From the NCBI GenBank assembly GCA_030390025.1, contig JASTWF010000335.1:62001-126000 (forward strand): DNA of 64,000 nt. Direction: 5' to 3'. Position 1 is the stretch's first letter; the number at the start of each line of letters is the position of its first letter. Below the pieces are notes generated by a model. It was not told the origin of the DNA. It saw only the letters and a list, made by a program, of their open reading frames with translations, and made no database searches. A program made the translations under genes and the position numbers. Below are positions 13,141 through 24,073 of the stretch, one piece after another. This stretch comes from Squalus acanthias (Eukaryota).

Positions 13141-13881
13141 CATTCAATGAGATCACGGCTGATCTGTCACCTAACTCCCTATACCCGCCTTCGGCCCATA
13201 TCCCTTAATACCTTTGGTGCACAGACATCTATCAATCTCTGATTTATAATGAACAACTGACCCAGCATCAATTGTTTTTTGCGGAAGAGAGTTCTGTTGT
13301 GGCTGCCGCGGATCACGAATGGAGGCCGAGTCAACATGTGAAACACACAGGGGGAAAAATTCAGTTGGTTGCGCCTCCCGTTAGCGTTTAAGAGGGCGCT
13401 AATGGGACGCAAAGCATCTAGCGCCCGGGCGCGGCGAAGTTTGCGCCGCTCGCGAAATTAACTAGACATTTTGCGGCGGCGCTAAACACTACCGCCACGA
13501 ACTCCTGTGCCGGCAGATCGTGACGTCAGTCGAGTGCGCAACGCCCCGGTAGCGCCCTGGAGTGGATATTGAGTGGCGCCCCCTTCCTTACCGCCTGCCA
13601 CTAGCAACGACAGGTTGAGGGGAGCGTTCTGCTGTCATGAAGGGAAAGGGGGAGCGCTATTTAAAGGTGACCACTTCCTGCCTTTTATTGTTGGTGCCAT
13701 TTTTGAACGACACATTCTGAGAGAGAGAGAGAGGCTTCTGGAGACATTCAACGCTGTGTGAAGGAGTTTTGGGTACTGAGCAGCACTTTGCAGGTTCATT
13801 TTGATTTGCCATTCCTTGTATCGATTTAGAAGAGACTGTGGGGGCTGCACTCTGAGTTCTTTGCCTCGTACTGCTCCATTG

Positions 13882-15370
13882 CGCGAGCAGGGTGGCGTTG
13901 GCGAGCGCGGTCTTGGTGGAGTCGAAGGCGGCTGACGCGTCTGCCGTCGATTCGACCGCTATCTTGCCGCTCCTGCCCCAGAGGGCTTCATACAGGGGCC
14001 TCATGAGGGAAGCCGCTTTGGGGATGAAGCGGTTGTAGAAATTCACCATCCCGAGGAACTCCTGGAGGCCTTTGATGATGGTGGGGCGGGGAAATTGTTG
14101 GACGGCCTGCACCTTGGTGGGCAGGGGAATGGCCCCAGCATGGGTGATGTGGTGGCTGAGGAAGTCGATCTTGTCCAGGCCGAACTGGCATTTGGCTGGG
14201 CTGAGGATGAGCCCGTGGTCGCTGAGGCGCCCGAACAGGATGCGAAGGTGTTCGAGGTGTTCCTGCTTGGAGGAACTGGCTACCAGGATGTCGTCCAGGT
14301 AGACGAACAGGAACTTCAGGTCCCGAAGGACCGAGTCCATGAGCCGTTGGAATGCCTGGGCCGCGTTTTTGAGGCCGAAGGGCATCCACAGGAACTTGAA
14401 AAGGCCGAAGGGGGTGATTACGGCCGTCTTGGGGATGTCCGCGGGGTGGACGGGGACTTGGTGGTAGCCGCACACCAGGTCGACCTTGGAAAAGACTGAG
14501 CGGCCGGCCAGTCTAGCCGAGAAGTCCTGGATGTGCGGCACGGGGTACCGATCAGGGGTGGCGGCGTCATTGAGGTGGCGGTAATCCCCGCAGGGGCGCC
14601 AACCTCCGCCTGGTTTGGGGGCGATGTGGAGTGGGGAGGCCCAGGGACTGTTGGAGCGGCGGATGATGCCGAGCTGCTCCATGGTGGCAAACTCGGTCCG
14701 CGCGATCTCCAGTTTGGCCGGGTCCAGCCTGCGGGCGTGGGCGTACACTGGGGGGCCTGTGGTGGGGATGAAGTGTTCCACCCCGTGTTTGGCGGCCTCC
14801 GCGGAGAAGGTCGGATTGGTAAGGGCCGGGAATTTGGCCAGGAGTGCCGAGTAGTCATCCGTGGCCCGGGCGTGGCACTGTGACGCCATGTCGGCGGGTT
14901 GACGGGGGGCCATGGCGCCCAGGATGGGGGACATGGTGTTCATGTCCACGAGGCAGTGTTGAGGGATGACTACCAGTAGGCCGTGGGCGCACAGGAAATC
15001 CACGCCAATGAGAGGGGAGAGCACCTTGGCAGTGATGAACTCCCATCGGTAGCGGCGACCAGCGAGGTCGAGGATGACTGTGCGGGTGCCGTACGTCGGG
15101 ATGTCCGAGCCGTTAGCAGCAGCCAGCGCCGGTCCTCGTTTGCCCTTTTGGATGTCGAGGGAGGAGGCCGGGATGATGCTGTGCTGAGCTCCAGTGTCGC
15201 ACAGGAACCGATGGCTGGTTTTGTCATCCGTGACGTACAGCAAGGAGCCCGCGTGGCCCACGGCCATTGCGGGGGCTGGTACGGGGGCGGACTTGAAAGA
15301 GCAGGGAGGTGTGCACCGTTGTGCCCTGGCGCCGAACCGTGCGTGGTAGTAACAGTGACACGGGTTAGTG
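13882..15370 (-). pseudogene. pol: Gypsy pol: aspartic protease plus reverse transcriptase, truncated before RNase H
   Basis: Protease FLCDTGAQ; RT motifs SPWASP, CGDYR.LN, MPFGLKNA, YLDDILV. Confidence 0.92.
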
Positions 15371-15947
15371 GGGTGCGAAGGCCCCGTGAGCCCGGTGGCT
15401 GGGCCTTGTGGCCGCGTGGTGGCCGGTGAGGGGCTGCCAGGTCCGGAGTGACGTCGCGGCTGGAGTGAGCGGACAGCAGCTTGTCGGCCTCATCGGCCAG
15501 GGCTTCCAGGTCCGTGAGGCCGGACGCCACGATCGCTGGGCGGATGCTGAGAGGTAGCTGGCGGATGAACAGCGTGTGGAAGAGGGATCCGGGTGGGCTC
15601 TCGTCGGTGAGGGAGAGCATGTGGGAGAGGAGGTCTGACGGTGAGGCATCACCGAGGCCTGGAAGGGCGAGGAGGTGGCAGTTTCGCTGGTATGTCGAGG
15701 CCGTAAATTTTTTAAGGAGCGCGGCCTTAAGATATGCGTACTTGCCCTCCTCTGGTGGGTTCTGCAGCGCTGTCCAGACCTTCGTAACTGTGGAGCTACC
15801 GAGTGATGTGACGAGGTAGTCATACTTCGTCCCATCTGTGGTGATGTTTCGCAGCCGGAAACGCGACTCGGCTTGGAGAAACCAGGCTTCGGGCTGGTTT
15901 TCCCAAAACTCCGGCAGTTTCACGGAAACTGCGTTCGTGTCCGCCAT
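15370..15947 (-). pseudogene. gag: Gypsy gag
   Basis: N-terminus MADTNAVSVKLPEFWENQPEAWFLQAESRF is typical of Gypsy gag. The CYYHARFG..A.RC..PC knuckle lies in the next frame, near 15300-15360. Confidence 0.85.
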
Positions 15948-16042
15948 TGCAGTGCTTGGAATACGTTCTGAGCGTCGGGGTCACCAATGTTGTGGCTGCC
16001 GCGGAGCACGAATTGAAGCCGAGTCAACATATGAAACACATA

Positions 16043-16935
16043 GAGGGAAAAATTCAGTTGGTTGCGCCTCCCGTTAGCGCCTTAAGAGGGCGCTAATGGG
16101 GCGCAAAGCAACTAGCGCCCGGGCGCAGCGATGTTTGCGCCGCTCGCAAAATTAACTAGACATTTTGCGGCGGCGATAAACACTACCGCCACGATCTCCT
16201 GCACTGGCAGATCGTGACATCAGTCGAGTGCGCAACGCCCCGGTATCGCCCCGGAGCGGATATTGAGTTGCGCCCCCTGCCTTCCCGCCTGACGCTAGCA
16301 ACGACAGGTTGAGGGGAGCGTTCTGCAGTCATGAAGGGAAAGGGGGAGCGCTATTTAAAGGTGATCGCTTCCTGCCTTTTATTTTTGGCGCCATTTTTGA
16401 ACTACGCATTCTGAGAGAGAGAGGGAGAGACTTCTGGAGAGATTCAACACTGTGTGAAGGAGTTTTGGGTACTGAGCAGCACTTTGCAGGTTCATTTTGA
16501 TTTGCCATTCCTTGTATCGATTTAGAAGAGAGTGTGGGGGCTGCACTCTGAGCTCTTTGCCTGGTACTCTCCATTGTTCTTTCCAGCAGATTTGATGTAC
16601 AGGTCTCTCCAGGCAGAGATTCAAGGCTGCAATGAGCAGGATGTGGATGGAAAGCAAGATCAACCCTCGCCTTTAAGAACTGGCCGGGGCCATTGTGTGT
16701 GTGTTCCGTTGCTGACTGACATCACATGAGCTTCGCCAGCGCTCTGCGGTAGCGCCTCGTTCCTCGGCCTTTGTGCCTTAAGACAGGTGTGAAGCGCCTG
16801 ATTTAGCGCTCCAATCACCTCCAGGGGCGATAAAAGTCAAGTTTGCAGTCGGTGGCGATAATTAGCGCCAGGCGCTGATCTTTGCGCCCGGCTGATAATT
16901 GCGCCCCAAATGGGGCGATACTGAATTTCTCCCCC
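16043..16935. mobile_element. Non-autonomous TIR element (MITE, PIF/Harbinger-like) inside the Gypsy LTR; partial second copy at 13350-13881
   Basis: TIRs G(A/G)GGG(A)AAAATTCAGT ... ACTGAATTTCTCCCCC; 3-bp ATA flanks at 16040-16042 and 16936-16938. Confidence 0.7.
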
Positions 16936-17251
16936 ATAGCTTTTAATCACATCTCTGGTCAAAATGGCTGCAGCCACATTTCTCTCGCAAAAAGCCAGAG
17001 GCCCCGCCCACTCCTTTTCTACTGCCTTAAAGGCAAGGTGCCTTAAAGGCAAGGTGCCCGATTTATTGTCCACGGACGGAAAAGTGGATTGCGATCCGCC
17101 ACAGTTCCAAACTTCTACCTCCCTTTGTGTGTAGAAGTGTTTCCTAACTTCACTCCTGAAAGGTCTGGCTCTAATTTTTAGACTATGTCCCCTAGTCCTA
17201 GACTCCCCACAACCAGCGGAAATAGTTTCTCTTATCTGTTCCCCTTAATAT

Positions 17252-17990
17252 ATATAAGAACATAAGAAGTAGGAGCCGGAGTCGGCCATACGACCCCTCG
17301 GGCCTGCTCCGCCATTCAATAGGATCATGGCTGATCCGAACCTAGACTCACGTCCACTTCCCTGCCCGCTCCCCATAACCCTTAATTCCCTTATCAGCTA
17401 GGAAACTGTCTATCTCCGTTTTAAATTTATTTAATGTCGCAGCTTCCACAGCTCTCTGAGGGAGCAAATTCCATCGATTTACTACCCTCTGAGTGAAGAA
17501 GTTTCTCCTCATCTCAGTTTTGAAACGGCAGCTCCTTATTCTAAGATTATGCCCCCTAGTTCTAGTCTCACCCATCAGTGGAAACATCCTCCCCGCCTCC
17601 ACCCGATCAAGCCCCCTCACAATCTTACATGTTTCGATAAGATCGCCTCTCATTCTTCTGAATTCCAATGAGTAGAGGCCCAACCTACTCAACCTTTCCT
17701 CATAAGTCAACCCCCTCATCTCCGGAATCAACTGAGTGAACCTTGTCTGAACTGCCTCGAGAGCAAGTATATATTTTCTTAAATATGGAAACCAAAACTG
17801 TACGCAGTACTCCAGGTGTGTCCTCACCAGTACCCTGTATAGCTGAAGCAAGACTTCCCTGCTTTTATACTCCATCCCCCTTGCAATAAAAGCCAAGATT
17901 CCATTGGCCTTCCTGATCACCTGCTGTACCTGCATACTAACCTTCTGTGTTTCATGCACCAGGACCCCCAGATCCCTTTGTACTGTCGCA
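17252..17990 (-). mobile_element. CR1 3' fragment nested in an older CR1 fragment
   Basis: ORF 17348-17959 is CR1 RT C-terminus; candidate TSD CTTAATAT at 17244-17251 and 17991-17998. Confidence 0.88.
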
Positions 17991-18104
17991 CTTAATATCT
18001 TGAAAATGTGATCAAATCACCACTTAATCTTCTAAATTGCAGTGAATACAACCCTACCAGAGAGCAGATGGGAAAGAGGGAAGGAGAGAGGGATAGAGGG
18101 AGGG

Positions 18105-19080
18105 TGAAAGAATATTTACTAGTCCTTGCCCCTTTGGGGCTATCCCAGATCAGGCGTATTTCTCAGACGTTCACTTTCAACTAAAGTTTAAGGTAACCGA
18201 ATCCTAAAGACGCTTAATTGGGTCTAAAGGTCCGGGCTATCTCTCCCTAAAGGAAAGGAACAACCCAAGAATGTTGCCGTCCTCCAGATAGCACTTTTTT
18301 AATAAGTTTTAGCCAGACTGTAACATCCCGGATATTATGAGGGTCCGGAGATCTCCCCTCAGAAATGTACCTCTCCACCAAACAGTGTCCAGAGATTGGT
18401 TTCGCGAGTTATTGATAGAGAAGACTTATGTGAGACAATTCTAAAAATATATAGAGATTTATTAAAATAATCAACTTGCAATTTACAGTTGGTGAATCAG
18501 TCAATCGCACCGTTAACAGTTCTAAAAAGAGAAAAAATACGATCTTATTTTTAACAGAGAATCTTACTTTTAAATCCATCAATATCAAATTACCTTCGAT
18601 CCCCGAGGTACAAAGAGTGTAAGACTACAGAGCTGCCTCTGTAGTCGAGAATCGCTTTGCCCGATTAAAGCGAGTCTGATATCCCATTTGAGACTTCAAT
18701 ATTTGTACCCTTTTTCAGTTGTATTCCTTACGGTTTTTGCTGATCCAAGTTAATTATCACTATTCATCTTTCTGCTGACTTCCGCAATTCTTTACTGCCG
18801 CATCAGCTTGTAATATTCCAGATTCTGCTGCATCTCCAGGTGTTCTGGCCTCACCATATAGAAGGTGTGATGGGCAGATGTCCCTTATCTCATGTGTCAT
18901 CTTTAAGAGGTGTAATCAAGATCATTTATCCAGGGTTGACCATTGTTCTGTTCCACCCATTCTACTGTTTTAATAAGGTTATTTATTCAGAGTCAACAAC
19001 TGTCTTATCTCAACAAGGCCAGAATTCTTTCATAAGATAGTGTATTTTTTGAAAAAAGTTATATGGCTTATTCCTTCACA
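18105..19080 (-). repeat. Provirus 3' LTR (976 bp)
   Basis: Direct repeat of 24338-25070. Preceded on the minus strand by the PPT; AATAAA (-) at 18458-18463. Confidence 0.92.
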
Positions 19081-19090
19081 CCCCCCTCTT
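19081..19090 (-). other. Polypurine tract AAGAGGGGGG
   Basis: Directly abuts the TG of the 3' LTR on the minus strand. Confidence 0.85.
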
Positions 19091-19568
19091 GACCAAAAAA
19101 TGAGCTCGAGCATCAAGGGCAGGGTTTGGTCAATGTTTCAAATAAGGTTGCAATAGTACATTAAACCACGTTAATTTCACGAGATTTACAGGACCCTAAT
19201 CATGTGCTACATTCAAATTCCTCGAAGTCATCCCCAGGACCATGTTTTGCCTTTTTTTATAATTGGACAGAAATTAAAAGAATGATAGGTACATTGTCAT
19301 GCAATTAGCGAAACAATATGTAATTGGAATGTCCAGTTGGCAGATGTACGTTCCGTAGAGGGGAGTTCTTCATACGAGACGTTGTTGGAGCTGGCTGAAG
19401 CTTGACCAAATCTGCAATTTTCTGAAGGCTGTGATCTTGATCGCTGTTCCGTTGATCCAGCGTGAGGACAGATTCTGCTAGTATCAGAGAAGACTGTTGG
19501 AGCGAGCGGCTGTTCATTGATGTCGAACGTTTCTTGTGACGTCGGGAAGAGTCACTTGATTTTATAAA

Positions 19569-19959
19569 TGATGTGGAGATGCCGGTGTTGGGACTGGGGT
19601 GGACAAATGTGAGAAGTCGCACAACACCAGGTTATAGTCCAACAGTTTTAATTGAAATCACGAGCTTTCGGAGCTGCTGCTCCTTCGTCAGGTGAAGTGA
19701 AGAGATGCATATAGGCACAGCATATATAGTCAGAGAACACAGCCAGGTGACTACAGTTAATCTTTCTAACTGCCCTTTATCACACCTCGGCAGAGAGATA
19801 ATCACAGCAATCAAAGGTGTGGATGGTGTCCTGACTATATATGCTGTGCCTATATGCATCTCTTCACTTCACCTGACGAAGGAGCAGCTCTCCGAAAGCT
19901 TGTGATTTCAAATAAAGCGGTTGGACTATAACCTGGTGTTGTGCGACTTCTCACATTTT
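19569..19959. mobile_element. Non-autonomous Penelope-like pseudo-LTR insertion with inverted arms and two hammerhead motifs
   Basis: Inverted arms at 19605-19733 and 19831-19958; homologous to the Penelope 3' end at 42060-42283; TSD ATTTTATAAA at 19559-19568 and 19960-19969; absent from the paralogous segment near 22005. Confidence 0.8.
19868..19904 (+). ncRNA. Minimal type I hammerhead ribozyme motif (second copy on - at about 19658-19695)
   Basis: TCAC-CTGACGA-aGGAG cagct CTCC-GAAA-GCTT-GTGA: conserved core, stem I, stem II and palindromic stem III. Confidence 0.65.
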
Positions 19960-20711
19960 ATTTTATAAATTCCGTAAAAGATTGATTTAATGGTACAACC
20001 GCTCTATACACATCCGATTGGTATACCGGGAGAGAAGTATTATCAAACTGTTCCTCAAACGATGATGAACCATTAGAGAGGTAAGTTCTGTCATCAGGAG
20101 ACTTTGGTTTTCGATTGTTTTCTTAAAGGTCTTGCCAAAAGCTCAGTTGATTCCTTCTCCATCTGTAGTGCGTTCCTCCTTCGTTGAAGTAACTTGTTGG
20201 TCTTTACTTGTTTCGGTTGTGGCTTTTTGCGAAACCAATTTCTGAGGCATTGCCAAGCATTGTGTGGAGGAGTCGGCGACACCGTCTGGCTGACCGTTGT
20301 CAGTAGTTCGATCGCATCTGTTTCCGGTGTCGTGCTCCAAGCTGGGTCTTGGAAGACAGTGTACGACTGCACCTTGTATTGTTGCTCCATTCCGGTATCC
20401 CGCAGGACATCTTTTTAGATTGTCTATGGAGACAGTTTTAAGAATATGCTTGCCATTCGGCTGATTAAAGGATATTTCAACAGTTCTTTCGTTAATAACG
20501 GAACGTATTTGAACAGGTTTTTTCCACTTAGGTCTTAAACTAGGTTTTTGCTCAAACTTCTTTTCCTCTACCCATTCTCCTGCTAGGGGTTGCCATGCTT
20601 TGTCAATTTTTTCTGCTGATTTGTCTCCCTTATCCTCTGATCAATTTGATGAATCTCATCTGTTATTTCTTTTTTTTAATCTAACTGTTGCTGTCGGGTC
20701 AAGGAATCAGA

Positions 20712-21438
20712 GGGCTGGATTTTGATACTGGGGCGGGTTGGGGTCGTGTTATCCACCCGCCTGCAATTGGATGTGGGAGATTGATGCAATTTTCACTTAA
20801 TTGGGCAATTGAGTTCCAGCATGTGGGAACCCATGACCCAATTAGTGGTTTCAGTCTGAAAGTCGCCTCTGATGATGTCATCATTGCTGCTGCATTGAAG
20901 GTCTTCAGAGGCTACCTGGCCTTTGCTGTGAGAGGACCTGGATGCAAAATGAGCAGCATCTGAGAGAGAGGGAGAGAGAGAGAGAATTTTTTTTTTGCAT
21001 CCAGGTCCTCTCACAGCAAAGGCCAGGCAGCCTCTGAAGACCTTCAATGCAGCAGCATCAGAGGCGACTTTCAGACCTAATACTACTACTACCTTCATCA
21101 CATCTCCGTTGTAGTAGTGGATCTGCAGCTGATAGTCAGCTATCCACTTGTGTTCCCGCCAGGTTTCACTGGCGTGTTTCACCTCAGGCGTGCTTCACGT
21201 GGGAAAAGGGTTAAACTAGCTAAAACGTTTCAAAATGGCATTACAGAGCCAATTTAGGGCTTGTTAAGGGCTTTAATGGCCTCTCCCGCCTCTTGGAGGC
21301 GGGACGGAGTCGGGAACACCGCGACCGATTTTGTCAAAATTGCGTGGAGGCGGGATCAGGTCCGCCCGCCACTTTTCGCAATTTTAACCCCCCACACACC
21401 TCCAAACCCGCCTCCACGGGTCATTAAAAATCCAGCCC
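20712..21438. mobile_element. MITE with GGGCTGGATTTT...AAAATCCAGCCC TIRs (PIF/Harbinger-like)
   Basis: 12-bp perfect TIRs; sister copy at 58272-59001 has a 3-bp TTT TSD. Confidence 0.85.
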
Positions 21439-21439
21439 A

Positions 21440-22434
21440 ATGTAATTAGAATGTCCAATTGGCAGATGTACGTTCTGTAGAGGGGAGTTCTTCATACGAG
21501 TCAAGGAGACGTTGTTGGAGCTGGCTAAAGCTTGACCAAATCTGCAATTTTCTGAAGGCTGTGATCTTGATCGCTGTTCCATTGATCCAGTGTGAGGACA
21601 GATTCTGCTAGTATCACAGAATCCCCACAGTGCAGATGGAGGCCATTTTGGCCCATCGAGCCTGCACCGACACATATCTCACCCTATCCCCGTAACCCCA
21701 CGTATTTAATCCCCCCTAACACTAAGGGTCAATTTAACATAGCCAAATTAACCTAACCCGCACATTTTTGGACTGTGGGAGGAAACCGGAGCACCCGGAG
21801 GAAACCCACACAGACATGGGGAGAATGAGCAAACTCCACACAGACAGTCACCCGGGGCCGGATTCGAACCCAGGTACCTGGCGCTGTGAGGCAACAGTGC
21901 TACCCACTATGCCACCGTGTTGCCCCTATCAGAGAAGACTGTTGGAGCGAGCAGCTGTTCATTGATGTCGAACGTTTCTTGTGACGTCGGGAAGAGTCAC
22001 TTGATTTTATAAAGTCCGTAAAAGATTGATTTAAAGGTACAACCGCTCTATACACATCCGATTGGTATACCGGGAGAGAAGTATTATCAAACTGTTCCTC
22101 AAACGATGATGAACCATTAGAGAGGTAAGTTCTGTCATCAGGAGACTTTGGTTTTCGATTGTTTTCTTAAAGGCCTTGCCAGAAGCTCAGTTGATTCCTT
22201 CTCCATCTGTAGTGCGTTCCTCCTTCGTTGAAGTAACTTGTTGGTCTTTACTTGTTTCGGTTGTGGCTTTTTGCGAAACCAATTTCTGAGGCGCTGCCAA
22301 GCATCGTGTGGAGGAGTCGGCGACACCGTCTGGCTGACCGTTGTCAGTAGTTCGATCACATCCATTTCCTGTGTCGTGCTCCAAGCTGGGTCTTGGAAGA
22401 CAGTGTACGACTGCACCTTGTGTCGTTCCTCCAT
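21440..22434 (-). pseudogene. env: Foamy-like env remnants (N-terminal piece plus SU/TM junction); duplicate copy at about 19320-20390
   Basis: An open frame from about 22165 down reads ..FIKSSDSSRRHKKR/STSMNS.SLQQSSLILAESVLTLDQ.NSDQDHSLQKIADLVK. By eye this aligns with the foamy Env furin site and TM start (RKRR/SVDNNYAKL..LTGAVQTLSQ..D..LQ). Confidence 0.65.
21617..21926 (-). mobile_element. tRNA-derived HE1/V-SINE-like SINE, full length
   Basis: Minus-strand A-box TGGCATAGTGG and B-box GGTTCGAATCC; V-domain CTCCGGGTGCTCCGGTTTCCTCCCACAGTCCAAA; CR1-like tail; TATCA TSD at 21612-21616 and 21927-21931. Confidence 0.85.
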
Positions 22435-22439
22435 TCCGG

Positions 22440-23640
22440 TATCCCGCAGGACATCTTTTTAGATTGTCTATGGAGACAGTTTTAAGAATATGCTTGCCAT
22501 TCGGCTGATTAATCTGTCTTTCAACAGTTCTTTCGTTAATAACGGAACGTATTTGAACAGGTTTTTTCCCACTTCGGTCTTAAACCAGGTTTTTGCTCGA
22601 ACTTCTTTTCCTCTACCCATTCTCCTGCTGGGGGCTGCCATGCTTTGTTTGTCAATTTTTTCTGCTGATTTGCCTCCATTATCCTCTGATCAATTCGATA
22701 TATCTCATCTGTTACTTCCTTTTTTTAAATCTAACTGTTGTTGTCGGGTCAAGGAATCAGAGAGTGTAGAGGCAATAAAAGAACTATGGGTAAGCGGTGT
22801 ATGCATCTCAACCCCATACATCAGATAATATGGAGTTTTAGGGGACACTGTCCCTGATGCAGATGCGGGCACATTATTAAGTGATAGCTGCACCTCCGGA
22901 ATGACGGTGGTCCACTTATTTCCCCTGATTCTCAACAGTTTGACCAATAGCTTTTTTACTTCCTGGTTTTTACGTTCCACCAGCCCCGCTGATTGCGGAT
23001 GACGTGGTGTGCTGTGCTCTTACCCAATCCCTTTGTTCGCAGTAGTCTTTGAAGACCTTGGAGACAAAGGCTCTGCCTTGATCGGAGTGTAAGATTTTGG
23101 GTGCACCAGCTACAGTAATTATGTCAGTAATAGCCCTGGCGAGTGCGTTTTCCGAAACAGTTTTTGTGGGGACCAGCCAGCAGAAGGAAGTGCATCCATC
23201 TACACAAACGAGAACATGTCTGTGTCCCAAAGATGGGGGAAGTGGTCCAATGATGTCAATAAAGAATTTTCCCATTGGTTCATCAGCTTTCACAGGAGCC
23301 AATGGTGGTGGCTTAATTAGTGAGGACTTATTGGCTAAATTGCATGGCTCACAATTTGCCATGTATGTTTTACAGACCTTAAGCATGCCTGGTCACCAAT
23401 ATAAGGGGGTCAATTTGCAGAATGTTGTTCTAGCACCAAAATGTGCTTGACTTATGTCCTCGTGAGCTTCTTTTACAAGCTGTTCTCGTTTGTTTCTTGG
23501 GGGTACCTCTCGGTTTCCCTTGGGCAACTTAACTGGCACAATACCCGTAGGGGTTTCCGAGTAAAAGTACTTTGATGGATATCCTGGTGGATTCTCTTTT
23601 GTTGGGTCCAACAGCTGAATCAGTTCCACATCCTCATTAG
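22440..23640 (-). pseudogene. pol: Foamy-like integrase (N-terminal extension, HHCC, DDE core, C-terminal domain) with stops and frameshifts
   Basis: Reads GYPSKYFY..VPPRNKREQLVKEAH..AHFG..LYW*PGM..CEPC; KFFIDIIGPLPPS.G..VLVCVDG; LHSDQGRAF; HSTPRHPQSAGLVERKN; WQPPAGEWV..LRPKW..TVSIDNLK. All resemble prototype foamy virus IN as I recall it. Confidence 0.9.
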
Positions 23641-24073
23641 CTGCCCGTTCTGTCCTAGTGATAACACTGATATTGGCAGGCCCCTCTCGAGGGGGTGTCA
23701 TGCAGACCGAACGTTTTGCTTGTTCGTCTGCAAGACTGTTGTCTTTTGAGTGTACTGTCCCAGTGGTATGCCCATTTACATGAATCACCTGACAATTCTG
23801 TTTCTCCATCCTCGAACGGAGAATGTCTTCCCACAATGACTTACGTTTTATGGGTTTACCCTTATGATTGGTAAAGTTTGTTTGTTCCCAGAAAACTAGA
23901 TCTTGGTAATATCCTCTTTTACAATAGTCACTATCTGTACAGATTAATGTGGGTTTAATAAGGTCTGCCTTTTCTAAAGCATACCGTAGTGCTGTGGCTT
24001 CAGCATATTGCGCTGTCTTATGGCCAAGGGTTCCTAATAAAAAGACTTGGCCATTTCCGACAGGGTTTGCCAT
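23640..24073 (-). pseudogene. pol: Retroviral RNase H (N-terminally truncated) in a 226-aa ORF starting at ATG 24073
   Basis: Reads LGHKTAQYAE..ICTDSDY..FW..NFTNHKGKPIKRKSLW..IHVNGH..NSLADEQA. The first catalytic Asp motif is missing. Confidence 0.85.

Larger units (their letters stand above)
13295..17103 (-). mobile_element. Ty3/Gypsy LTR retrotransposon, internally deleted (no RNase H or integrase); LTRs at 15988-17103 (5') and 13295-~13881 (3', truncated)
   Basis: TG..CA ends; GTTC TSD at 13291-13294 and 17104-17107; tRNA-Trp-type PBS TGGTGACCCCGACG at 15973-15986 (-). It interrupts an older CR1 fragment. Confidence 0.92.

Noticed and set aside
21850..21926. tRNA gene
   Set aside because: The A and B boxes belong to a SINE head followed by V-domain and LINE tail, with a TSD.
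22440..22760. Central polypurine tract typical of foamy viruses
   Set aside because: I found no convincing copy of the 3' PPT in the integrase end.
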